IMG/VR virus record: IMGVR_UViG_3300014039_000004
From: a virus
Strand: one strand, 5' to 3'
Length of the DNA stretch: 64,000 nucleotides
Shown here: one piece after another, positions 10,301 to 21,400 of the stretch
Layout: each line of letters opens with the position of its first letter
How positions within the stretch are numbered: position 1 is the first letter of the stretch
The notes under the pieces: model-generated
What the model saw: the letters and a program-made list of their open reading frames with translations, nothing else
Database searches by the model: none
Told to the model about the DNA's origin: nothing
Made by a program: the position numbers and the translations under genes

Positions 10301-12349
10301 ATTCTTAATTCTAATGATAAATCTCTTAATAAAGGAGAAGCTATTATTGGATTAGTTTATAATGGTGATGTCTTAAATATTTTTAAGTCATTAAAGTTAT
10401 TACCTAAAAATATTATATTTGATGAAAATTTTAATAATCAAGAAGGTTATGAAGGAATTAATGCTCAAGTTAATACTAAAACAGGTGTTGTTACTGTAGG
10501 TAATAAATGGCTTGATATGTTTAAAGAACCCAGTACTAGACAAGAAGCTATTCGTAAACTTATTCATGAACAAATACATTATAAATTACATTATAAACTT
10601 TCTAGAAATAGAGGTTATGTTCGTAGTGCTAAAGCTATTTATCAAGAATTTAAAGATAATCTTGATAAAGGAGTTGAAAATGAATGGTATAAAAAATGGA
10701 GAGAAACTAATAATATTAGTAAAGAAGATGCTGATAAACATTTCAGACAATATCTTTTTGAAAATTTAGATGATGAAGTAGCTCTTGAAGAATTTTTTGT
10801 AGAATCTCTTACTAGTAATGAATTAGCTCAAATGCTTAATAGTATTGATACTAATGAAACTACAAGTAGTAAAAGAAAGAATTTATTTCAAAAAATACTT
10901 GAATTTCTTGCAAATGTTTTTGAATGGAATGTAAGAAAAGGTAGTCTTTATGAAAAAGAACTTAATACTCTTCGTAATCTTAAAGATGATGTAAAAGAAA
11001 GTAAAAACAATGTTGAAGATAATAATAGTTCTTTTAACAATGTTCAAAATAATCAGCAACAAACTAATAATGAACAAACTCCTGCAACAATAGAACAAAA
11101 AGAACAAAAAACTGAACCTAAGCCAGAAATTAAACCAGAAGTTAAAGTAGAAAATCCTGGTAATACTAAAACTAATACTAAATTTGGTACTAATAATAGT
11201 CGTAGACTTAGAGGTAAATTTAAAAGTGAAGTTACTGAAATTAGTAATTCTTATAATGAAGAAGAACAAGCTATTATAGATAAGGCTAAACAAGATGGTA
11301 CTTTTATGAAAGCACCTAATGGTAAACAAAGTAATCTTAATGAAAAACAATGGGTTCAAGTTAGAACTAAAGCTTTTAAAGATTGGTTTGGCGATTGGGA
11401 AAAAGGTACTATATTTACTGCTAATAATGTTGATAATGTACAAGCATTAAAAGATAAATATCCATCTACTTTACCTAATAAGTTTTATCATCATTCTACT
11501 AATAAATTTGGAAGACAATCTTTTAATCCTAAAGAAGGTACTAAAGAACGACTTCATATTATTGGTAGACTTACTACAGATAAAGTAGATGTTCTTATTG
11601 TAGAAAATCCTAATAGTGATAATCCTATTTCACATATAACTTTAGCTACTGCTGAAGGTATTAAACCTTTTGAAAGTAATAAAGAACTTCAATTACATAA
11701 AGATAAAATTCAACCTCTTAATGATTACGTAGATACTACATTTAGAAATAATATTAGTAATGATGTTTCAAAAGTAATTGATGAAAATGGTGAGCCATTA
11801 GTTGTTTATCATTATACAAATAATGAAGATTTAACTGAATTTAGTACAGAGTTTGATAATTATTTTTCAAAAGCAGGAGGTACTAAGAAGGCTATATTCT
11901 TTACTACAGATAATGTTGAACCAGGTAGTGAAGATAATTTCTTAACAAGTAGAAAAGCTAAACTGTCATTATTCTTAAATATAAAGAACTTAGAAGTATT
12001 TCATGGTACTAAAGATGATTTACATAAACAAAAAACTTCTTATAGAGAAGTTGTAAATAAATCATCTAAAAGACAAGGTTTTGAAAATGGTATGGTCTTT
12101 ACTGGTTTTGATGATAATAAAAAAGAAAATCAAACTATATATATTATTCATAATTCTAATCAAGTCAAATCTGCTATAGGAAATAATGGTAATTTTTCTA
12201 AAGATGATAATAATATTTATCATAGTAGTGTAACTGAACTTAAACGAACTGCCAATATTCCATCATTTATTGATAGTTTACCAACATCAATAAAAAGCAG
12301 AGTAAGCCAAATGATTAATTCTGCTGACTTGAAAATATCTTGTCGATAA
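4316..12349 (+). CDS. giant virion/ejected polyvalent-type protein with zincin-like metallopeptidase motif and ART-like C-terminal domain
   Basis: Uninterrupted 2677-aa ORF. HEQIH (HExxH) lies at nt 10565-10579. The C-terminal region has FKDWFGDW (11375-11398) and ENGEPLVVYHYT (VVYHYT at 11801-11818), resembling the ART-PolyVal signature of phage polyvalent proteins. Two Pro/Thr/Gln-rich linkers lie at about nt 7380-7620 and 7890-8040. Confidence 0.85.
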   Translation: MDVTGIFNAGGVVVKNPNYTKSKKNTQPKYITVTDFSQLPSGSTTSTALTDVAYQGAEKNGVILGDYNDYKKYINHGITPNSIDQDLDIQLANSQGFWTKAFNGLAQAAVSEIGLGTLKGFSDIFDLAGQITGLSDGDYTNPVSKYLEDKQEEFKEFAPVYVDPNKNIFNDGLHDPGWWFSNIPSIVSTVSLLVPGLAAVKGVSLLNDALKVSSFTRKAVRTLSGAEKAIKAGKELNAAQIFLNSESTAKQVGIFLENGLTAMMSRAAENYQEARQTYSDNYQDFRDTINSMNDAEYSKFIQDNKKLLADKEANPNNKDEVAKAIASAAADRTFQMDWANVVFDVVQMYGLRNAWRGLKNAQDDPIKIRRANKDAAKYLGKSKEEIAKLKAARPTYKKAGEWIGDNIYGSGLIAASELSEGVEEAVNYIAQQEGIHFGNTLLNKEEGSKDTGWLASMSKYFDPRMKQYVQAPELWDSAFWGVLGGVVFQKIGSTFNRIKQKLNDDKSEAQEKAKEKLPWYKLDELPETKRRLADIEARTLDFQKYQKNLAKINQGIDVYKSSENNEVKFDTKEEQKAAADKLKNEYIATMTLRAMNSGNLNMLKAYINNDEFRNAIIEQGIFGDTKNKSKEQLNQEAKAYTDDALSTINKVERAYDEELVAINTAAANIGKNKKSNTMPIEYMQIMAVNNVKSRLEKENIDTELVPVNKRIAELKTQFAEQLDPNIDYDHIIKVGILTHQLGELYATRRELTKNDTKSLSNQLAVKRIDKRIKSIENDLNDEELVYGNFIALQYKFDKDNKLVQSKEDKDLQEAFAYRDAQIVKELNDGNTSKSINIPGLEFLSERSRKTINEETIGKYKTLESDTKTVFDSIQDISPELNNLLQTKVLLEKRKDYINTELTRTVKQVEEEGNILHNTMNEARVEAINQANKTIQTLYKKHGNDIREAIYNRINNNITKHKNLSDEENNSLNNALEVLDLTKSYNTNLIDTIESQFDIQDMIKAQQEVQDESNNTADEKGNDTTEEESNTSQPEPNPNPATTPQPEQGVGSTIIQNPISEPQPSQPINQSTQQQKIPTGQKTGQQGNNQIEETLPQTSSIASASRIEIDNNGKVTWNINGNIGIVTKKAENGNDVIIINNDESKLTDTFFDNVGEVDLTRPIKVETNPYIDENNILHKGHLSNTDTLATQTEESTPQNNSTPQTAPQTTPQAAPQISSTGEPTTNQTSSAKAQLPQTKNAEPVPNLNDSEDAITNSAIQSTIVAFKANHDLDFDTYTKELIDDFVGKGYDRVVVEKAVTRGVNIIKRTAEKLKSKAPTTMRSSVDEYIIQSSIVELSNTEDFGTEFIQAAKNLINQYSKENGIRIINNKKYINLENMLRYINETTSDSNTANFIYYTLKEYLKTNKAKEEFITIDEDSIDNNDFLNNVAKSSEERYKEKLEDITIQRVDINTITKQLDENGKKEFYEALNELQKDEELQIEMYDDKILLYDSKKRLVGRLPIPFINASTGAYEVYNDGWKYDILSNNDKIDSKLKNLFLKWIDGKDKASKELNDIIYELAFSNPTKERKFELLDKFSSNSEIIKAKGQGLTHKSITDAELANGLVKLWKFVSCSSTNNNLLNNIARKTSIALWFKKLNNSYDAITALKNEGAVKIIVANISDGELIKVQDRVTDSAVLPSASNAIAGGVNSAVHKIAIGDKFNLGTVKVSGNTPIKFNGIGRTNTFVMLSNRSNRPTFVQAYPVKVTDTNMSAEAKEIIAAIKGHIAKLLHNYSNESTEDNYNALKEFLVNAFSVRNGNNTLFNGVIVTVNSKLENESISIGIPNTSFVFQFYKNNKFGNPSSLVKIKKDGNWVKVPFNSEDSINYINDIIDKLVFKFNFGYIEADNVSDMTLKGIAKRHKGKFEITVGDKTWSYNSFNEFILNNNLVRLNTKPSEDGKSNFKPRGENQKANQVFEIKIEKQTSSPVEESTQSNSTKPVNQPTQVTKSINEQVSDILNSNDKSLNKGEAIIGLVYNGDVLNIFKSLKLLPKNIIFDENFNNQEGYEGINAQVNTKTGVVTVGNKWLDMFKEPSTRQEAIRKLIHEQIHYKLHYKLSRNRGYVRSAKAIYQEFKDNLDKGVENEWYKKWRETNNISKEDADKHFRQYLFENLDDEVALEEFFVESLTSNELAQMLNSIDTNETTSSKRKNLFQKILEFLANVFEWNVRKGSLYEKELNTLRNLKDDVKESKNNVEDNNSSFNNVQNNQQQTNNEQTPATIEQKEQKTEPKPEIKPEVKVENPGNTKTNTKFGTNNSRRLRGKFKSEVTEISNSYNEEEQAIIDKAKQDGTFMKAPNGKQSNLNEKQWVQVRTKAFKDWFGDWEKGTIFTANNVDNVQALKDKYPSTLPNKFYHHSTNKFGRQSFNPKEGTKERLHIIGRLTTDKVDVLIVENPNSDNPISHITLATAEGIKPFESNKELQLHKDKIQPLNDYVDTTFRNNISNDVSKVIDENGEPLVVYHYTNNEDLTEFSTEFDNYFSKAGGTKKAIFFTTDNVEPGSEDNFLTSRKAKLSLFLNIKNLEVFHGTKDDLHKQKTSYREVVNKSSKRQGFENGMVFTGFDDNKKENQTIYIIHNSNQVKSAIGNNGNFSKDDNNIYHSSVTELKRTANIPSFIDSLPTSIKSRVSQMINSADLKISCR
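7963..7979 (+). repeat. G-run motif copy M1 (forward)
   Basis: ttcttctacgggggagc, inside CDS 4316..12349, where it is read as SSTGE. Confidence 0.9.
10206..10222 (-). repeat. G-run motif copy M2 (reverse)
   Basis: gctcccctgtagaagaa on the + strand, inside CDS 4316..12349, where it is read as SSPVEE. Confidence 0.9.
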
Positions 12350-12415
12350 ATTAATCATCTTATTAAAAAGATAGTCTTAAATAAAAAATTAAAATATTAA
12401 TTAAAATATAATATT

Positions 12416-15400
12416 ATGAGTTGTCCTATTCAAATAAAAGAAAACAGTGTTGTTAATAGTCTTAAATCCATATTTGGAGAAAGTAATGATTTAGTTACTT
12501 TAATAGCTGAGACTACTGATGGTAATAAATTTAATTATGATTTTCAAAAATGGGCTAAAAAACATTATAATCACGAATTAGATTTTAATACTATAGATAA
12601 AGTAGATGAAACAGTTAAAGCTATTCGTGATTATCATAATTATCTTCATCCTGATGTTAATTATACTGCTACTATTCAAAATGATGCTACTAATGTAGCT
12701 CATTTTGGATATACAAGTGTTACAGCCAGAGAAAAAGGTAAACAAATTGTAGTAGATAAACTTTTAAATATTAAACATCAGCTTGAACATGATTATCATG
12801 AAAAACCTGAAGGTAGTAAAAAAGTTTATTTTGCTGATGCTGCTACTTCTGTTATTGAAAATGTAGTTGTTGAAAGAGTTATGAATAGAACTAATATATC
12901 ACAAGATGATGTATATGATATATTAGATGCAGATAATTGCTTTGAACAACTTGATAATATTCTTGGTACTAGTACTGAACAAGATAAAAATGTTCTTGCT
13001 CTTTATAAAGAAATGATTAATAATAGAGAAGAATATTTTGAACAAGTTTTTAATGATAGTCGCCTTGGAGATATTAGATTTGAAAAAAATGATAATTTTG
13101 AAGATGATAATCAAGCTGTTGAAATAGCAGAACAAGAAGCAGATGATGATATTGATTCTGAATCTGTTAATACTGATGAAGATACTAATGGAACAGAAAG
13201 AGATAATTCTATTAATCAGCTTAATAATAAAGATGGTCAATACAATAATTTTATGACTCATGTAGGAATGAGTGTTAGAAGTTATATTGGCAGTCTTAGA
13301 AAATGTAATACTACTAAGATGATTAATAACGATTATGACTTTGATACAAGTAATGAACTTGGCATAGCTGAAGCTATGGATATTAACGAAGTCATGACTG
13401 TTCTTTATAGTAATATTGATTTTACAAATGTTAGTGATATGATTCAAAGTATTGAACTAATTGCTAACAATATTCCTGGTATGGAAGGTCTTATACAAAT
13501 GAGTGATTATCTTAAAACTAATGAAGATTTTGCTTATGAAGTATATCGTACTTTTGCTAAAATAGCTATATCTAAACTTGAAACTATTTCTGATGGTAAT
13601 AATATTAAAAGTATATTAAGTAATCGACGTGCTGATAAACTTACTTCTTTAAGATTTGAATATTTTAATTCTGTTAAATCTACTAGTATTCTTTTAGATG
13701 ATTTAAATAGTAGAGAAATATATAATTCTCTTAAAAGAGAAATAAATGATTATGCTCAAGCTGCTGATATTCTTAATCAAGCTGAAGATAATAAAGATAT
13801 TATTGATGAGGCAGATAAAGAATTATTATATCAACAATCAGGAATTAAACTTGATGAAATAATTAATGAATTAGCTAATCAATTTAAACGTTATTATCCA
13901 ACTATTGAATCTAGTTTTATAGCTAATTATATTAAAAATAATAATGATGGAGATATTGTTGCTAATATGAATAATCTTAGTACAATATTGAAAAATACCA
14001 TTGATGCTAGTTATAAAACTCAACTTAATTATTATAGTCAACAAGCTGAACTAAGAAAGGCTTATGCTCATAATAAAGCACTTGATGCAAGAAAAGCTGA
14101 TGGTGAATTTGTTAAAGCTAGTGATTATATAGATTTAACTCTATATTATAATAATGATTATGTAGATAGTTCTACACAAGCTGCTGCTTTTGGTTTAGCT
14201 AATGAACTTGTTAAATATAGTCCTGTTAAAGTAGAACTTAATTCTCGTAATGTTCATGGTAATCTCTCTTCTGATATTATTAATAATAGTATGATTACTA
14301 ATGTTATTAATACATTAAAATCTACTATTGCTCTTGAAAACTTTGGTAAATACAAAAGTCAATCTAGGCAATATGATTTTAGTAATATTATGATTGAACA
14401 TAAAGATGAAGATGGTAATATTATTAATTATGGTCTTTTTACTTTAGATGAAGAAAGTCAAGATTTTATTCCTACATCTTATGCTAGAGAATTAATTAAA
14501 GCTAGATTATTTAGTGGAGCTAGCGATATGACTAGTTCTAAGAATGTTCTTTATTCTGAAATGAGTAAAGGAGATTATATTGCTACTAGTTTTATTAATT
14601 ATTTTACTACTGAGCGTAATCATAATCTTACTGATAAAGATCCTAATATTGAATTTGCTAATTATTTTATGAGAATTCCTAGTGATGCTCCTAAAAACTT
14701 TATTATAGTAGCTCCTAGATATTCTACTAAAGAAACAACAGTTGGTGCAAATAATGGTTTATTTGTTATTACAAATAAAATTGAAGCTAATCGAGAAATA
14801 AATAAACGAATTAATGAATTACCTACTTTAGATGAAGATTATGTAAGTGATGATAGTCTTTGTATTAAACGTAGTTTAAATCAAGCTATTAGTAATATCA
14901 CAGCTAATAATATAGGAAATATTGTTATTCCTAATAAAGCTTTTATTAATGAAAAAAATTCTAAAAAAGGAGATACTGTTACTATAAATTGTATATATAC
15001 TAATGCTGATGGTATTGAAACTCAATATGTTCTTATAGGTACTTTAGGACAAGATAATGGTAAACTTATTTTAGAACAACCAACATTCCAAGGGTTTGCT
15101 GGAACTACTAAAAGTTCAGAACTTGTACGTGCTCTCGAAAAACATTATCAAAAAGAACTTATAAAAGAAGGAGTTATTAAAAGAGAAATTAATACTAATC
15201 ATCCTGTTTATAAACAATTACATAATGTTTTTGTACAAGAAATTACAGATGCTGCTACTGCTCTTAATCATATTTTTAAATGTGGTCCTGATGGTAGAGT
15301 TCTTGTAGATGATAAAGGTAATCCTATTTTCAGAGAAGGCTTTGGAGATAATCCTGAAACTATTAGAAAAATGTATGATGTTTATCATAGTAATGGTAAA

Positions 15401-18400
15401 CATATAATTGAAAATGGTAAACTTACAGGTAAAGTATTTCATAGTGATAGATTTGTAATAACTAAACTTGATAAAAATGGAAAAGCTATTACTACTAATT
15501 ATGGTGAGAATATAATAAATGAAGTATTTGATTTTCTCTACGGGGGAGCTAAAGATACTTATATTCATTTTATTAATTCTGCTAAAGGACTTAAAATAAG
15601 TCTTACTGATAGTCAAGAAGATGTTATTCAAAAACATCTTACTTCTTTTATTAATGATTATATTGAAGATACTCAAAATAGATTAAATGAATTCAGTGAT
15701 TTTATTGATAAACGTTTAAATAATGATGATAATGTTACAGAGTTTGCTCTTAATTATTATCTTCAATATATTAATTTTAATGATTTATTTGAAGGAGATA
15801 CTAAATTTTATAAGAATACTCAAACTTTTCTTAAACGAGCTAAAGAAGCTCAAGGTAGTGGAGTACCTTATGGTATAGTTAATTATACAGAAGCTTTAGA
15901 TGCTGAAAAAACTCCAATTACTCATAGACTTAATATTACACCTTTTGTTCATATTAAAGCTGATGGTACAAAAGAAAATGTTTTTGTAGGATTATATAAT
16001 AGATTTACTGGTGTTACTATTAAAAATACTATTAGAACTAGTAAAGAAGCTGCTGTTAAAGGATTAAATGGTGCTAAAAAAGATGGTATTCTTGTTGAAC
16101 AATTAAGTAATATATTTAATAAAGAAGGTTTAAATAAAAAAGATGCTTTATCTACTGCTCGTAATATGATGAGTGGTTATCAAAATACTACAGTAAACGA
16201 TGCTCAATCTTATATTACCTTTGAAGAATGGATTCGTCGTATTACTGCTAGAGGACAATTAGGAAAATATAAATCTCTTATTGATGCTATTTATGATGAA
16301 ACTAAACCTGTTGATGCTAAAACTATAAATGAATTTGTTCAAGTTCAAAAAAATTTTTATTATGACCAACATTATTCTAATGAATTTGGAGTAATGAATC
16401 CTAGACAAATTAAAAATGCTGAATTTGTTCTTGTTCCTAGATTTATTAAAGGTACTCAACTTGAACAAGTTTATAATTTAATGAAAAATAATGATATTGA
16501 CCAATTAAATACAGCAGAAACTTCTAAAGCAGGTAAAGCTAATGTTCTTACTATTTGGGATAATGAAGGTAATATTACTCAAGAAAATATAGATGATTTT
16601 AATGCTAATGTAGAAAGAAGTAAAGAACTTTTTAATTATAATTATCTTTATACTCAACAAGAAACTCCTCAACATGTAAATGATAAAAATAAAGCTGCTA
16701 TTCAGATTATGAAAAAAATAGTAGATAATATTCCACCTACAAGTAGTCTTTATGATGTTAAACAACATTTTAATCATCTTTATGTTGCTAATATTAAATC
16801 TAGTTTTCAAGATTTAATGAAAGAATTATGTTTAGAGGTTGATGAAAAAGGTAATCTTAAATTAGATGAACAAGGTAATATTAAAGGTTTAGATTATGAA
16901 CTTTTCTTTGATAAACTTAAAGAAGAAGTAGCTAGATTAGGACTTGATAGTAATATGATGGATTATGTTACTCTTCTTAAAGATCAAGTTACTGATACTA
17001 GTGGCAATTTTAGTTTACCTATTACTATAATGCCTACTTTTATGAGTATAGTTTCTAGTAAATTAGAAAGTATAGCTCAAAGTGTATTTAATAATAGAGT
17101 TACTAGACAAACGCTTCCTGGTTTTCATGCTGCTCAGATTACTAATATTGGTTTTAAAGCAACTAATGCTCCTATAATTTATAAACTTAATAGCAGTGGT
17201 CAAGGACGTAATTTAACTGATAATATAAATGAAGAAGAGTATAATAAACTTTCTATTAAAAATAGAATGTATTATACTAAAACTAAAGGTAATATAGGAA
17301 CTTCTAAAGAACTTCATTATCATCCTGATGGTGAAAAATATATTGAAGTTCTTCTTCCTAAAAGTAATTTTAGTTTTTATAGAGATGAAAATGGTTATAC
17401 TAAATCAGATGAGGAACTTTTAAAAGAACTTCAAGATGCTAAACTTGATAAAATTATAGGTTATCGTATTCCTACTGAAGGTAAACAGTCAATAGCTATT
17501 ATGAAAGTTGTAGGATTTATTGATGACGCTCTTGGTTCTACTATTGTAGTTCCTGATGATTGGGTATCTCAAACAGGTTCTGACTTTGATATTGATTCTA
17601 TATATGGTATACAATTTAATACTAAATTAGATAAAGTAACTCATAAAATTAAAAAAGTAGATTATATTACTAAACATACAGAACAAGCTTATTTTAATTA
17701 TTTAAGAACTAAAATTGGTCATATTCCTACAAAAGTAGGTAAAGAAATTGAAGAACTTAAAACTAATATTGAACAAAGTAGAAGCGAAGCATTTAATGAA
17801 TTAAGAGATAGAGAAACAGAACTTTATCATTCTTTAAATGATAATACTAGAAATAAAATTAAAGAACTTCAAAATATTAATCGTAATAAATCTACAAAAC
17901 GAGAAAATTATACTGAACAAAATAATAATGTAATAAATGGATTAAATGAATATCTTGCTAATAATAATTTAGATAAAGAAGAAGTTAATAAGATTCAAGA
18001 ATTTATAAATTTAAGAAATCAAATTAATGATTTTATTAATAATTCTACTAAAGAAGACCAAGCACAATTTAATAAAGATAAAGCTGAAATTCTTGCTGAA
18101 CGATTAAGAAAAGTTGAAGAACTAGCTACTAAAAATAATCTTCCTAGTTATACACAATTTAAAACATTATCAACAGAAGAAGCTAATACAACAGAAGCTA
18201 GAAATAATGAACTTCTTCAAAGTATGTTAGATATTCTTTCTGATAATGAATCATTAGAAGAAAATCTTTCTCGTTCTAATTTTGATGATATTATTGATGC
18301 CCGTGACGCTGTTATAGATACTAATGTTAAAAAAATAAGAGATGCTCGTAATCCTTATAATTTCTTAGACCAAGCAGATTATCAAGAAGATGTAATGAGT

Positions 18401-21400
18401 GGTGCTAAACTTAAAGCATTTAGTGTTACTCGTGATACTTTTGTATCTGTTTGTAATACAGTTAGACCTGTTATTTCAGAAGATAATACTATTAATATTC
18501 AATATTATAAAAAAGATGGTTATAGTTTAAAAGCTCTTAAACAATCTTTTGATAATATTCAAGTTTATAATAAAGGTGAAGATAATGAATATTATGTAGT
18601 TAAACATAATACTTTTGGTTGGAGTAAAAATAATAAAAATGTTGCAGGTAAAATTCTTACTGCCTATTCTTCTCAAACTACAGCTCATATTCTTGATGCT
18701 GTAAAAGAAGGTGCTATTCCTAATGTTAATGATTTTACTTTTGCAGTATATAAAACTTTTCCTGATATAGGTTCAGATTATAAAACATGTGTTGCTTTTA
18801 TTATGCAACCTGGCATTAAATATTTAGTAGATGCTTATAATTCTACTAAATCTATTTATAGTAATAATTATGCTAAACCTTTTAATTTAGCTTTTAAAAA
18901 TATAGCTGAACGAATTTTTACTATAAATGGTATAGATTTCAATAAGAAAGATAATATAAATACTATTGTTAAAAAACTTCAAATATTTAATAGTAGATTA
19001 GGCCAATTATTTGATGTAAATGATATTGCAAATTATAATATTAGTATTATAGCAAAAGATGCAGAAAGTTTAAATATATCAAGCAGTAAATATAAAGATA
19101 GACTTAACAATGAAGGTATATTTAAAGGTAGCTCCATTGTAGAAGAAACTAATAAACTTCTTTTTGATTTAGGAGTTCTTCTTCAATATAATAGACTTTC
19201 TAGTTTTGCTAATAGTATTGGAGAATATGCTAGAGTTTGTAATCCAGATAAATTTGGTGCTAAACAAACTATTTTTGCTACAAATGATGTATTTGATAAA
19301 ATTCAAGATATTATATCTAGAGAAAAACAAACTTTATTTGTAGAACCTGAAAAAGATAGTAATGATTCTCGTAAATCATTTTTAGAAGTTATTTACCCTA
19401 ATATTGATAAAGGCCTTGATTCTTATATAACAAGTGATAGTTCTAATAGTAAATATCCTTCTTTAAATGCTTTTCTTAAATATGCTACTGCTGTTAGTAT
19501 TAAAATAAATAGACATTTATTTGAAACACAAAGTAAACATTTTAGAAAGCAAGTTTATAGTCTTGAAAAAGCTTTTACTGATAAAAAACAAATGACTGAA
19601 AAAACTTATAAAGATTTTCAAAATTATATTCTTGCTTATCTTTATAATAATACTAATGCAGTAAGTAAACAATTAGTTTGGAGTAAAGATGGCTTTGATT
19701 ATAAAAATGATACTAATGTAGAAGCAGAACGTAGTAGAATTTATGGATATGGTAAAACAGTTGCTTTAAAAGTTCTAGATGAAGATGGAAATTTAGTTGA
19801 TTTTACTGTAAATGATATTACTAATCCTACTGAAGAAGAAATTAATCAATTTCTTACATTAAGTCCTGCTCAAAAAATTACATGGATTCAAAGTAATTTT
19901 GAAAATAGTAGACTGTTTAGTTATATTAGAACTACTTTATTTAATGAACATCAATATCGTAAAACTAAAGCTGGAGCACAAACTATAGAATTTGTTGACA
20001 GTAATGCTAATATTGAGGCCATGTATGATGCTTTTAATAAAGCATTTTTTAATAGTAATCCTTTAGTAGCAGCTGCTGCTTTTGATATAGTTAAATATGC
20101 CTTTGCAGTAGAAGGTTTTAAAATGAAACGTAATGGTGTTACTAAAATAATTAGTAATAGTGTTTTAAAAATTGATGAAAATCAACCTAATACTAATATT
20201 GTTAAAGAATTAATACGTTCTATTGATACTATTAATGGAAGAAATATTAATATCAATAATATTATTAATAATTTTGTAAGAAGTCATTCTAATATTCAAC
20301 AAATTGCTACTAAAAATGTTGAAAAAATTAGTAAAAATAATTTTCAATTACATAGAGAAAGTTATGGAATAATAGCTCTTGATATTAATAATAAAGAAGA
20401 TTTTGAGTTAGCAGATAAATATAAATTTCTTTATGCTGATAAAACAGAAAAACAGCTTTATGCTAATGAATATGTAAATCTTAGATTTGGTAGAAAAACT
20501 GATTTATATAAAATTAGAATGCAAGGTACTAAACTTATAGCTTATCCTTTAAGTAAACTTGAAGAATCTGAAAATAGTAAATGGTCTGTAAATACTCAAA
20601 ATAATAATGGTTATTATGATGAAGATTTTTATAATGCTATAATTGATGATTGGTTTGGTACTACTGATAATAGTATTTCTTTATCTCAAATTATAGGTAA
20701 ATATAAAGAAACTATAAACGAACATAAATTTATAAATAAAAATGCTATTGCTAGGCAATTAACTGCTAAACCTTTTGATATTAATGATAAAAATACTAAT
20801 TATACAGGAGGTTTTGAAGATGTGATAAAGAAAGTTACTAATTATTTTGAAAAAAATCCTAATGGAAAACTTTATTTACGTAGTGGAGCATTAGATAAAT
20901 TTATTACTCATGTTGGTATTGCAAATGGTAGTACTCAAACTATTAATGGTAAAGAATATGATATTCAAAAAATTGATTTTAAAAAATATAATAGAGCTTA
21001 TATTTCAGGTAAAGAAGCATTAAGTAGAGATATTAAAGAAAAAGATGCTCAAATAATTGACATTATTAATCGTGCTAGACAAACAGGTTATACTGTTAAT
21101 GATGTATTTGCAATTACTCCTCATATAGATCAAAATATTGAAATTGATGAAACTAATGAGGATGACAATGTAGATACTAATGAAATTTTAAATTCTAGTG
21201 TAACAGAACTTGGAGTAGGTTCTATGAAAGCTATGCGTCGTAGAGCTTTATCTGAAAATGATATAGAAGCTAATAAAGCTCTTAATAGATTAAGAGATAA
21301 AGCTATTACTGCAACAGAAAATTCTGTTAAACTTAATCTTAATGAAGTAGTACCTGTAACAGCAGAATATGTTAAAGGTACTGTTGATAAGATTCTTAAT

